Positions 18,462-26,765 of a stretch of DNA of 32,000 nucleotides are shown here, piece by piece. Both the position numbers and the translations under genes were made by a program. Source of the stretch: Bdellovibrionales bacterium (GTDB lineage: Bacteria; Bdellovibrionota; Bdellovibrionia; Bdellovibrionales; UBA1609). The notes under the pieces were generated by a model. It ran no database searches. It was not told where the DNA came from and saw nothing but the letters and a program-made list of their open reading frames with translations. Every line of letters begins with the position of its first letter. Position 1 is the stretch's first letter. Where the stretch lies: the NCBI GenBank assembly GCA_963692945.1, contig OY843585.1, positions 1,470,001 to 1,502,000 of the forward strand. The letters are read 5' to 3'.

Positions 18462-18550
18462 TGGTGCCCGAGGCCAGACTTGAACTGGCACGATCGTTAA
18501 AACCCCAGGATTTTAAGTCCTGTGCGTCTACCAAATTCCGCCACTCGGGC
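18462..18550 (-). tRNA. tRNA-Leu (anticodon UAA), long variable arm, CCA encoded
   Basis: Reverse complement: GCCCGAGTGGCGGAATTTGGTAGACGCACAGGACTTAAAATCCTGGGGTTTTAACGATCGTGCCAGTTCAAGTCTGGCCTCGGGCACCA. It has a 7-bp acceptor stem, anticodon loop CTTAAAA and a GTTCAAGTC T-loop. Confidence 0.93.
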
Positions 18551-18595
18551 TAAAAAAACTTGCTTCAATATAATTCGTAATATAGCCTTATTTGA

Positions 18596-19363
18596 ATGAA
18601 TGCAAGTAAAGAAATTTCTATGAATTCTCGCACAAAAATTTCTCTCATTTCAGGAATCCGTCAAATCTTTCAAGAAAGTTTTAAATGCCTTCCATTTGTT
18701 TTTAAAAAGACCACCTTAAATTTTGCTTCCATTTGGTTTCCCTTAGCCATCCTCTGTATTGTAACCATGAAAATGCAATTCCCTGACACCTCTTCAGGAG
18801 CACCGATAGAGGCTTATATAACACAAATTCTAAAAATGGGACTCAACTTAATAGGGCATTGTTTTATTATTTTTATTGTTCCCTATTATGTTTTTGTCTT
18901 TCTCAACAAAAAGAAAAATAAATCCACTGTCAATTTTTGGGATTTTCTCTCTGAAAATATGTTCCCACTTGTCGTCAATCATATAAAAACAACTTTTACT
19001 ATTATTTGTTTTATCTTATTACTCATTATTCCAGGAATCATAAAAGCTTTACAACTTGCCCTTGTGACTCAGGCTACTTTTTTTGATGAAGACTATAAAA
19101 ATGATAAAATTTCGGCTCTAAAGGCCTCTAAGCAAACAACAAAAGGTTTTCTGACTGGCATACTGTTATTGATTGGCTTTACATTGACATTGCATCTTAT
19201 TTCCAAACCACTTTTTTCCATACTCAAAATAGTTTTTTCTGAACAAATGATTCCTGTAGTTTTCATAGATGTAGCCGTATTCCTTACAACTTTTTACATC
19301 TCTTGTTTTAGTCTCATTTTAATGACACAAACCTATTTTGTATTAAAGCAATACAACCAATGA
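18596..19363 (+). CDS. polytopic membrane protein, unknown function
   Basis: Several long hydrophobic segments. The stop overlaps the start of the next gene (ATGA), implying an operon with the M14 peptidase. Confidence 0.6.
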   Translation: MNASKEISMNSRTKISLISGIRQIFQESFKCLPFVFKKTTLNFASIWFPLAILCIVTMKMQFPDTSSGAPIEAYITQILKMGLNLIGHCFIIFIVPYYVFVFLNKKKNKSTVNFWDFLSENMFPLVVNHIKTTFTIICFILLLIIPGIIKALQLALVTQATFFDEDYKNDKISALKASKQTTKGFLTGILLLIGFTLTLHLISKPLFSILKIVFSEQMIPVVFIDVAVFLTTFYISCFSLILMTQTYFVLKQYNQ

Positions 19364-20010
19364 AAACATTTGGCTTAACTGTTCAAGGCTTACCTATTTA
19401 CTCCTATGATTTTGGAACAAAAGGGGTTCAAGTTTTAATTTTAGCTGGAGTTCACGGAGATGAACCAGAAGGCATTTATGTTGCAAAAGGGCTTTTACAC
19501 TCTTTTCTAGAATCTTTTGAATACAAATTAAAATTAACTCTTATTCCTATTTTTAATATAGAAGGAGCCTTAAAAGGCAATAGAACAAATGGAAATAATG
19601 TAGATCTCAACCGAAATCTTCCTACAAAAAACTGGACGAATAAATATGAAAAACAAAAATACTATCCTGGTCTCTCCCCTTGTAGTGAACCAGAAAATAA
19701 ATCTCTCATAAAATGGATTGAAAATTATGAACCCAAGTTAATTATTAGCCTTCATTCTTGGAATCCTGTAATCAATACAAATGGAGAATGCAACCCTGAA
19801 GCCGAAATCATCTCTCAACACACCAAATACAAAATTTCTGACTATATTGGTTACCCTACTCCTGGTAGCCTTGGAGATTACTGTGGTATAGAAAGAAATA
19901 TACCAACGATCACTTATGAGGTAGCCAAAGGCTCTAGTGTTAAAGAGAGCTTAGAACTGCATGTTCCAGCCATTAAGAAAGCTCTTTTTGCCAGTGAAAA
20001 AAGAATTTAA
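19360..20010 (+). CDS. M14-family zinc carboxypeptidase/amidase (murein peptide amidase MpaA-like)
   Basis: GVHGDEPEG (H-x-x-E zinc site), VDLNRNLP, SEPE and ISLHSW motifs, in a short single-domain form. Confidence 0.75.
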   Translation: MKTFGLTVQGLPIYSYDFGTKGVQVLILAGVHGDEPEGIYVAKGLLHSFLESFEYKLKLTLIPIFNIEGALKGNRTNGNNVDLNRNLPTKNWTNKYEKQKYYPGLSPCSEPENKSLIKWIENYEPKLIISLHSWNPVINTNGECNPEAEIISQHTKYKISDYIGYPTPGSLGDYCGIERNIPTITYEVAKGSSVKESLELHVPAIKKALFASEKRI

Positions 20011-20056
20011 AAAAATATTTGTGAATAGATCAAAAAAAAACTAATATAAAAAAACT

Positions 20057-20860
20057 ATGAAATCTGAAATCTTACATAAAGCCTTTTCAACCAATACAAT
20101 AACTCCTGAAGTGGAGTCTCTTGTTCAAGAAACTATAAAAAACCTAGATGAAGGAAAAATTCGTGTTTGTGAGAAAAAAAACAATCAATGGGAAGTGAAT
20201 ACATGGGTTAAAGAATCTATCCTTCTTTATTTTAAAATGACAAAAATGCAAGAGTTTAAAGCAGGAGATTTTAACTACTTTGATAAAGTTCCTCTCAAAA
20301 AATGGACAGGACAAGAAGGAGTGCGAGTGGTCCCTCAAGCTCTTGTCCGGCAAGGGTCTTATGTCGCTAAAAATGCTGTTTTAATGCCTTCCTATATCAA
20401 CATAGGTGCTTATGTAGATGAGGGTTCTCTTATTGACACTTGGGCAACAGTAGGCTCTTGTGCTCAAGTTGGTAAAAGGGTTCATGTTTCAGGAGGTGTT
20501 GGCTTAGGAGGTGTTTTAGAACCCATACAAGGAAAACCAGTCGTGATTGAAGACCATGTTTTTTTAGGAAGTCGTTCTATTGTTGTAGAGGGTGTTTGTG
20601 TTCGGGAAAATGCAGTGATCGGAGCTGGAGTTGTCCTCACAAAAAGCACAAAAATTTTAGATATCACTAAAAAAGAACCTATTGAGTATGTAGGAGAAGT
20701 TCCTAAAAATTCGGTTGTCATTCCTGGAGGAAGAAATAAGAGCTTCCCAGCAGGAACTTATCAAGTCCCATGTGCCTTAATCATTGGTCAAAGATCAGAA
20801 CAAACTGATAAAAAAACATCTCTCAATGATTGCCTCAGAGAACTTAATGTTCCTGTGTAA
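20057..20860 (+). CDS. dapD: 2,3,4,5-tetrahydropyridine-2,6-dicarboxylate N-succinyltransferase
   Basis: The N-terminal helical domain, left-handed beta-helix hexapeptide repeats (GAYVDEGSLIDTWATVGSCAQVGKRVHVSGGVGLGGVLEP) and size fit DapD. Confidence 0.9.
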   Translation: MKSEILHKAFSTNTITPEVESLVQETIKNLDEGKIRVCEKKNNQWEVNTWVKESILLYFKMTKMQEFKAGDFNYFDKVPLKKWTGQEGVRVVPQALVRQGSYVAKNAVLMPSYINIGAYVDEGSLIDTWATVGSCAQVGKRVHVSGGVGLGGVLEPIQGKPVVIEDHVFLGSRSIVVEGVCVRENAVIGAGVVLTKSTKILDITKKEPIEYVGEVPKNSVVIPGGRNKSFPAGTYQVPCALIIGQRSEQTDKKTSLNDCLRELNVPV

Positions 20861-20894
20861 AAGTTAAATTTTTAAATTCTCTCCGACAAAGAAA

Positions 20895-22100
20895 TCAACG
20901 ACCCGTTATTTTTAAAAGTTCAGCAGGTTTGATACGACTTAAATGACGTGTTGGTAAATAACAAGCTATCAAAGCCAATAAAATAGCAGATACAGTAATC
21001 AACAAATAACTTAAAGGATCAAAAACGGCTGGAATGGTTCTATCCTCATACATCGCTGGAAGAATATTAAAACGATTGAATCTAAAAAAGGCACTTCCAG
21101 AAACACCTATAAAAAGACCTAAAAAAATTCCTATCAAAGCAAGATAAAAACCAAGCCTCGTAAAAGTTTTTATAATCTCTCGTTGAGACAAACCCATAGC
21201 ATGCAATATTCCTATATCTTTTCCCTTTTGAGTCATAAGTAAAAAAAGAGATGAAGAAATACCTAAGCAAGAAATAATAATAGCTAAAACAATAAATAGA
21301 GTCATAATAAATCTTTCCAACTTAAGAGCAAAAAATAAAGTGGAATTTCTATCAATCCAACTACTAAATTTATAATTTTTAAAAAGATGTTGGTAAGAAA
21401 GATAATTCTCAGGATTTTTAAGCTCAACTTCTGCCCCATATTTCATTTGAGAGTATTGACCAAAATCTAAAGTACCTCTCTCATAAAAAATAGAAAACCC
21501 AGAACTCTTATGATTATCATCTTTTATAACATCTTTTATTTTTACTTTTTTAATGGGAGGAACCATAGACGGAGGAAGTAAAAGAGATTTAAGAGGAATA
21601 AGTGTCAATTCATCTCCAACATTAAGATTTAACTCTGCTAATAATTCATAATTTAAAAGAATCTCCCTTTGATTTTTTTGAGAGGCTGTATTCGTTAAAT
21701 AGGATTTCAAAGTTCCAAATTCAGACGAACTTTTATTTTTTAAATCTTCAAGAGAGTAGCCTGTAGCCACAACACCTTTAAAACCTAATGGTGTTTTAAT
21801 AATAAGGTCTTGAGTTTCAAAAAAATGAATGTCTTGAACTTCTTGTTGTTTCTGTTTGATAAAATTCAATTCGTGTTGAGTGAGAAACGGGTTTTCTTTC
21901 AAATCAATAATCAGATGAGGTTCATTAGAGATTAAACGAGAGGTGATAGCTTTTCCAAAACCTCCCATGATACTAGTGATTAAAATAAGGGCAGCAACAC
22001 TTACTGCTAAACCAAAAAGACAAATCCATGCTACCACCTTGACCAAAGAAGTTGAACGAGAGGATAAAAAATAACGACGAAAAAGATAAAAAGAAAACAT
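20895..22100 (-). CDS. LolC/LolE-family lipoprotein-release ABC permease (FtsX/MacB-type)
   Basis: N-terminal FRRYFLSSR...TM1, a large periplasmic domain, and the C-terminal FtsX domain with 3 TM helices. The track start is a TTG at 22133. The ATG at 22100 (MFSFYLFRRYF) fits homologs. No lolD is adjacent. Confidence 0.85.
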   Translation of the reverse strand: MFSFYLFRRYFLSSRSTSLVKVVAWICLFGLAVSVAALILITSIMGGFGKAITSRLISNEPHLIIDLKENPFLTQHELNFIKQKQQEVQDIHFFETQDLIIKTPLGFKGVVATGYSLEDLKNKSSSEFGTLKSYLTNTASQKNQREILLNYELLAELNLNVGDELTLIPLKSLLLPPSMVPPIKKVKIKDVIKDDNHKSSGFSIFYERGTLDFGQYSQMKYGAEVELKNPENYLSYQHLFKNYKFSSWIDRNSTLFFALKLERFIMTLFIVLAIIISCLGISSSLFLLMTQKGKDIGILHAMGLSQREIIKTFTRLGFYLALIGIFLGLFIGVSGSAFFRFNRFNILPAMYEDRTIPAVFDPLSYLLITVSAILLALIACYLPTRHLSRIKPAELLKITGR

Positions 22101-22186
22101 AGATTTCTCGCTACTATAAAGGATAGCTTTCAAAAAAACAAAGGATTGTTTTTTAAAAAAGTATAAGGTATTTATAGATAAAAAGA

Positions 22187-22262
22187 GGGGGCGTAGCTCA
22201 GCTGGGAGAGCGTTTGCATGGCATGCAAGAGGTCGCAGGTTCGATCCCTGTCGCCTCCACCA
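22187..22262 (+). tRNA. tRNA-Ala (anticodon GGC), CCA encoded
   Basis: GGGGGCGTAGCTCAGCTGGGAGAGCGTTTGCATGGCATGCAAGAGGTCGCAGGTTCGATCCCTGTCGCCTCCACCA. It has the G3:U70 identity pair, anticodon loop ATGGCAT and a GGTTCGATCC T-arm. Confidence 0.95.
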
Positions 22263-22375
22263 TTTTCAAAACTCTAGTTCAGATTATAATACCCTTTTCT
22301 TTAAATATTTATACTAGTAGTTTCTACTCTGAAAGACTCACTCCAAATGATTGTACAGTCTTAAGGTTCAAAATT

Positions 22376-22399
22376 TTGTTACAAGTTCAATTGCAACAA
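22376..22399 (-). terminator. possible intrinsic terminator of the 792-aa gene
   Basis: On the minus-strand RNA: uuguugcaa-uugaac-uuguaacaa, a 9-bp stem (one G.U) followed by aauuuug. The stem is AT-rich and the U tract is short. Confidence 0.3.
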
Positions 22400-22476
22400 G
22401 ATTCATCCTACTACTACCAGTATCATCACACACAGGTTACATTAAAAACAAAAAACCACCTCAATTATAAATAAGA

Positions 22477-24855
22477 CTAATTTTTTAATTTTTCTTTAAA
22501 TATAAAATCATGATAGGAACACACTCTTTGCGGGTGAGGTAAATTTTTAAATTTATCATATGAAAGATTTGCTGCTCCCGACTTAACACTCACACCTTTG
22601 CAAAACTTCTTTAATTTTTTTGGAATAGTTGTTAGACCTAATGTATGAATACAAAAACTAATTTTTAACTGATCATCAAGGTTCTCTAGTACGCCATCTT
22701 CAAATTTTCTACCCTTAAATCCCTTTCCCTCAGCTAATTTCATTGCCTGAGTTAAGTGATTTTTAAAATATGTTGTAAAACCTCTTAAAGTTAATGCACT
22801 AATCGCTTTTGCCTGACTAATATCTGTTTCTTTTTCAAACAATGACCCTGAAGAAGAGAGATTCAAAGCATCTTTCAAAACATCTTGATGAGATAATGTC
22901 AAAAGGTTTCTAGATATCGGGGAAGAGAGATCCATAGAAGAAAGCTCCTCATTTATTTTCTTGGTTTGAAATTTAAAATATGAATCGATAGTTTGATGAA
23001 GAGTAAGAAACCCATCACTTCCATTAACTGTAGATGGCGAAAATGTATCAATAGATTCAAATAATTTCACCACTGATTCACTATTTACTTCATCATTATT
23101 ATAAAAATCTTCAGATTGTTTTACAACACTATCTATTTTTTTATTCAGACTAGAAAGGTTTAAAAATTTTGCTTGCATAGATTTTTTAAATTCTGGGTCA
23201 ATTTCTTTCATAAAATGCTGAATGGATTTTACTGACCCAAGTACAGACTCATCTTTTTCTCCGTATTGAGAGTCAAAATACTCTAAACCTAAGGATGTTA
23301 CATCCTCAGCCGTTATACCAGAACTGAAGGATTTAATCCATCGCTTTTTATAATTGAGAAGATTTAATTTTATTCTGTCTAACACATCTTCAGAATATAT
23401 TTTTTCCCTTATTTTTTTATACTCTGATCCAGTATAGCTTCCTTCCCACATCTTAAAATAAACTTCATAAAATGTATCAAATTGTTTTGGAGTTCTATCC
23501 TGACCCCCTAATAAATAATAATGATTAAATTCATTTATTAAAACATCAATTTGTTCTTGAGTCTGATCTTCTTTTTTCAAAACTAATAAATACTTACCAA
23601 ATTTTGTTTCTTGATTAGTAAGAGTACTAGAAAGCATGTTAGAAACTTCAGAATTGTTTGGATATAATAGAGAATTAAATTTACCTATTACACTCCCCAC
23701 TATACTTTCAATTTCTTTTTTTCTACTCACTGGCTTATCGCCAATTGTATGTAAAGCTTTTTCACCTGAAATTATTCTACTTTCAATGCCCCTTATATAA
23801 CTTAAAACATGATTTAGAGCCTTGTCCTTTAATTCAGTTAAGTGATGACCTGTATAACCTTTACTTAGTGATTTTCTAGAAAACCATGAGTTAAATTTTT
23901 CAATATGGGATCTCACTTCACTAATTATCTTTAATTCTGAGTACATTTTTTTTAGACTACTTTGTTCACATTCGGTACAACTCTTTGCTTCGGTATATCC
24001 ATTTAACAAAGATTCTTGCTTGATAATTTTACAATGCTGTTCATTCAAACTTTGTAATGCACATGTCAAACCCGTAAAAATGGATGCTTGAGCTGATGGA
24101 TTAAATGCATCTCTTTTCCTTCTCTGCTTAGATGTTCTAATGGAAAACACATTTTGTAAAATCTTTCCAGAAAGTGCTGTTGCAATACCTAACGGTTGTT
24201 CTAAGAAAAATCCCATGATGCCCATAAGACCACTGGCTATATGAGCTTTCACTCCTGGAACCTTATCCAAACATTTTGAGTTAGAATTTAAAGCCATATT
24301 TAAGCTCTGTGCCATTGTATCAAGTTGCTTTATTCCTTCTGTATATCTTCTCATCTCATGTCTTTTTTGATCTACACTAAGAGTCGCTGATAGAGAAGCA
24401 ATCCTCCCTCTTGCAAAAACAATTCGTTTCTTTAATGCTTCTTGCGAAGGGTACAAATCTAATTCTTCCGCTGGAAGATTCTGTACTCTATACAAATCTG
24501 CAAATGATTCTTTAACAATGTCTTCTTGCTTTTTAAGCTCGTAAGAAATGCTTTCAGATTCAATAGTCCTTACGATTGAATCAATATCAGGTAAAGTCTT
24601 AATTATGGATTTTAACTCATGACACTCTTTCCTATCAGATTCAATAGCATCAACCACATTAGTTAAGGTTCTTAATGAATTTAAAGCTGTCCTACTGTTC
24701 GATCCCATTGTATCACATTGAAAAGCATTAATTAAGTAACTCCCTGTATTTAGAACCAAATCTGGTGGGGCATCATAACTATTACCTCCCCCTTCGCCAG
24801 ACCAAGAAATATCTTGTATAAAAATTATAAAGCAAATAAAGTAAATTTTTTTCAT
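22477..24855 (-). CDS. large (792 aa) secreted, mostly alpha-helical orphan protein
   Basis: Signal peptide MKKIYFICFIIFIQDISWS, a long uninterrupted ORF, and scattered Cys pairs. No recognisable domain. Confidence 0.7.
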   Translation of the reverse strand: MKKIYFICFIIFIQDISWSGEGGGNSYDAPPDLVLNTGSYLINAFQCDTMGSNSRTALNSLRTLTNVVDAIESDRKECHELKSIIKTLPDIDSIVRTIESESISYELKKQEDIVKESFADLYRVQNLPAEELDLYPSQEALKKRIVFARGRIASLSATLSVDQKRHEMRRYTEGIKQLDTMAQSLNMALNSNSKCLDKVPGVKAHIASGLMGIMGFFLEQPLGIATALSGKILQNVFSIRTSKQRRKRDAFNPSAQASIFTGLTCALQSLNEQHCKIIKQESLLNGYTEAKSCTECEQSSLKKMYSELKIISEVRSHIEKFNSWFSRKSLSKGYTGHHLTELKDKALNHVLSYIRGIESRIISGEKALHTIGDKPVSRKKEIESIVGSVIGKFNSLLYPNNSEVSNMLSSTLTNQETKFGKYLLVLKKEDQTQEQIDVLINEFNHYYLLGGQDRTPKQFDTFYEVYFKMWEGSYTGSEYKKIREKIYSEDVLDRIKLNLLNYKKRWIKSFSSGITAEDVTSLGLEYFDSQYGEKDESVLGSVKSIQHFMKEIDPEFKKSMQAKFLNLSSLNKKIDSVVKQSEDFYNNDEVNSESVVKLFESIDTFSPSTVNGSDGFLTLHQTIDSYFKFQTKKINEELSSMDLSSPISRNLLTLSHQDVLKDALNLSSSGSLFEKETDISQAKAISALTLRGFTTYFKNHLTQAMKLAEGKGFKGRKFEDGVLENLDDQLKISFCIHTLGLTTIPKKLKKFCKGVSVKSGAANLSYDKFKNLPHPQRVCSYHDFIFKEKLKN

Positions 24856-25019
24856 TTTTTCTAAAATATCACTCCATTAAAAAAAACCTTTTACAGTAAT
24901 ACTTAATTCACAGATATTTATCAACAGAAATCTATGGTTTTGCTATTTTAATTCCATTTAACTGAAAATTTTTCTCAATTTATGCCTATTCAGCACCCCC
25001 CCCCATTTTCTCAGTTTTT
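24798..25019 (-). repeat. copy 1 of the duplicated promoter + 5'UTR + signal-peptide module (222 bp)
   Basis: Aligned by hand to 25647-25863. The copies are identical except for one G/A, one C/T and the C9 vs C4 run. Confidence 0.9.
24896..24924 (-). promoter_or_regulatory. putative sigma70-type promoter of the 792-aa gene
   Basis: Minus strand: TTGATA (24924-24919), a 17-nt spacer, then TATTAC (24901-24896), about 40 nt upstream of the ATG. In the paralogous copy the -10 reads TATTAT (25750-25745). Confidence 0.4.
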
Positions 25020-25112
25020 CTGAATAATTTCCTACCTTATGATCCGTTACCAAAGATAGATATTTGTTCTTTGAAATAAACTTAAAACATATCAAAAATC
25101 AATCTACTGTAT

Positions 25113-25133
25113 CGAGACTATATCTAAGTCTCG
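25113..25133. other. 7-bp stem / 7-nt loop hairpin between the two paralogous-leader genes
   Basis: cgagact-atatcta-agtctcg. A T-rich run follows only on the plus strand, where no upstream gene exists. Confidence 0.2.
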
Positions 25134-25260
25134 GAGTTTCTTTATCATCTATTCAATAACTCACATAACCAACTTGCCTGTATTTAAATAAAGATTTTTG
25201 GTTTTTGGTCTGTTTTCGGTCTGTTTTTTTGAAGAGATGATTGAATTTCTTTTAATATTT

Positions 25261-25704
25261 CTAAAGGGACTTACCTATGATGTCTATATCTTCTATGACT
25301 AATTTTAACTCTTCTAACTTTTTTACATACGAGTCTATAATTTCTATGAATAAACCTTCTCTTGCTTCAGATTCTAATATAGTTTTTAATATTTCTTTTA
25401 AAACCTCTGTAGTTTCTATGTGTGAGTTTAAAATTTCTATATCTGAGGAGTCTTCTATTTTATTCTTGAACTTTTCTAAATTTTCTATGTGTGAGTCTAA
25501 AACTGTGATGTATGAAGTTCCTTCCTTTTTATTTAATTCTCCTAAAGATTTTATGTGTGAGTCTAAAATTTTTGCTAGGTCCAAAATTTTCATTTTTGAT
25601 GATTCCCCTGTTTGAGTAGTAAGATTGAAAGAATCTTTACAAGACTCAGACCAAGAAATATCTTGTATAAAAATTATAAAGCAAATAAAGTAAATTTTTT
25701 TCAT
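25261..25704 (-). CDS. small secreted repeat protein (147 aa)
   Basis: It has the same 19-aa signal peptide as the 792-aa protein. The mature part has four (I/V)(L/I)(D/N)S(H/Y)(I/V) helical repeats (ILDSHIKSL, VLDSHIENL, ILNSHIETT, IIDSYVKKL). Confidence 0.6.
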   Translation of the reverse strand: MKKIYFICFIIFIQDISWSESCKDSFNLTTQTGESSKMKILDLAKILDSHIKSLGELNKKEGTSYITVLDSHIENLEKFKNKIEDSSDIEILNSHIETTEVLKEILKTILESEAREGLFIEIIDSYVKKLEELKLVIEDIDIIGKSL

Positions 25705-25863
25705 TTTTTCTAAAATATCACTCCATTAAAAAAAACCTTTTACAATAATACTTAATTCACAGATATTTATCAACAGAAATCTATGGTTTTGCTATTTTAA
25801 TTCCATTTAACTGAAAATTTTTCTCAATTTATGCCTATTCAGCACCCCATTTTTTCAGTTTTT
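25647..25863 (-). repeat. copy 2 of the duplicated promoter + 5'UTR + signal-peptide module (217 bp)
   Basis: See 24798..25019. The two copies are offset by 849 bp as direct repeats. Confidence 0.9.
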
Positions 25864-26084
25864 ATTTTACACCTTTAAACTCATTATAAAATTTTGTTAA
25901 GAGTTACAAAAAAAATTCAAATTGAGTTGTTTCATTTTGAAACAGTCAGGTTTTTTTAAAATCTTTTAATAACCACTTTTATTACACTTAAAAACCATAA
26001 AATGAACAAAAAGAATGATTTACAAAACTAAAATTGAAATATTATCTTTAAAAGATTGATTTGATGTACTTTTGATTTGTAGTA

Positions 26085-26125
26085 TTGACTAATAAACACA
26101 ATTCAATCTATAATAAAGTAGATTG
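26085..26125 (+). promoter_or_regulatory. near-consensus promoter with an inverted repeat over the -10, upstream of the YHS-domain gene
   Basis: TTGACT (26085-26090), an 18-nt spacer, then TATAAT (26109-26114). The inverted repeat caatcta-N8-tagattg (26104-26125) overlaps the -10. AAGGAGG RBS at 26133-26139. Confidence 0.45.
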
Positions 26126-26146
26126 TTTACTTAAGGAGGAATCACA

Positions 26147-26653
26147 ATGAATACAGCAATTATAACGAGTACTATTATAATTCCTATGGTATTAACAGGA
26201 CACTTTGGTTTCTATAATCATAGTAAGAAAGGGGTTGCACTCAATGGCCATGATGTCGTGGCTTACTTTCAAAATCATGAAGATGGAATCACAGACGAAG
26301 GTAAAAAAGGTTCTAATAAATTCTCTGTAAAATATAAAAATGTAACTTATCATTTCTCTTCTCAAAAAAACAAAGAACTCTTTGAAGCAAACCCTGAAGA
26401 TTACCTTCCTGCTTATGGAGGTTGGTGTGCTTGGGCTATGTCTTATGGAAAAAGTAGAGTACCTGTAAACTATGATACCTTTCTCATAGCTCCGGATGCT
26501 AATGGAAAAGATAGATTGTATCTCTTTTATAATTCTTGGGGAACTAACACCTTAAAGAAATGGTTAAAAGGTGATCATAATGAGTTGGTTGGAAAAGCAG
26601 ATGCAACTTGGGAAAAAGAAGTAGAAAAAGAATCTAAGAAAGAAAATCATTAA
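26147..26653 (+). CDS. YHS-domain protein with N-terminal hydrophobic segment
   Basis: GHDVVAYF...G...F...Y....Y.F.S..N...F...P..Y.P.YGGWCAWAM...LYLF pattern, typical of YHS-domain family proteins. Confidence 0.75.
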   Translation: MNTAIITSTIIIPMVLTGHFGFYNHSKKGVALNGHDVVAYFQNHEDGITDEGKKGSNKFSVKYKNVTYHFSSQKNKELFEANPEDYLPAYGGWCAWAMSYGKSRVPVNYDTFLIAPDANGKDRLYLFYNSWGTNTLKKWLKGDHNELVGKADATWEKEVEKESKKENH

Positions 26654-26765
26654 CAACTTTTTATATTACTGATATCAAAAGTTTCACAAATTCTTTTTTA
26701 AAACCAATCAACCATTTTCTTTCAGGAACTATATTTTTATAATAAGATTCTTGTTAGAAAAATCT

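Noticed and set aside
1178-21270. Short antisense or overlapping track ORFs: 1178-1438, 3735-3920, 9235-9447, 9254-9460, 9851-10066, 11871-12143, 13082-13303, 13554-13745, 15380-15586, 17092-17286, 17781-18017, 20144-20353, 20482-20721 and 21082-21270. The same applies to 27102-27350 and 31152-31355.
   Set aside because: Each lies inside, and usually antisense to, a longer ORF with clear family motifs. Their products are low-complexity and they lack an RBS.
22214-22474. 86-aa plus-strand ORF from the track
   Set aside because: It starts inside tRNA-Ala (22187-22262) and continues through AT-rich spacer. It has no RBS and a low-complexity product, so it is judged spurious.
24991-25010. Similarity of ...cacccc(ccccc)attttc... 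to the tRNA-Ala 3' end plus flank (ctccaccattttc), as a possible att-site repeat bounding an island
   Set aside because: Only about 10 nt match, and imperfectly, in a low-complexity context. No integrase is present. This is too weak to call.
25277-25615. 112-aa plus-strand ORF antisense to the 147-aa gene
   Set aside because: The minus-strand frame carries a signal peptide, RBS and promoter identical to those of the neighbouring gene. The plus frame is a Ser-rich mirror of an E/L/K-rich coding strand.
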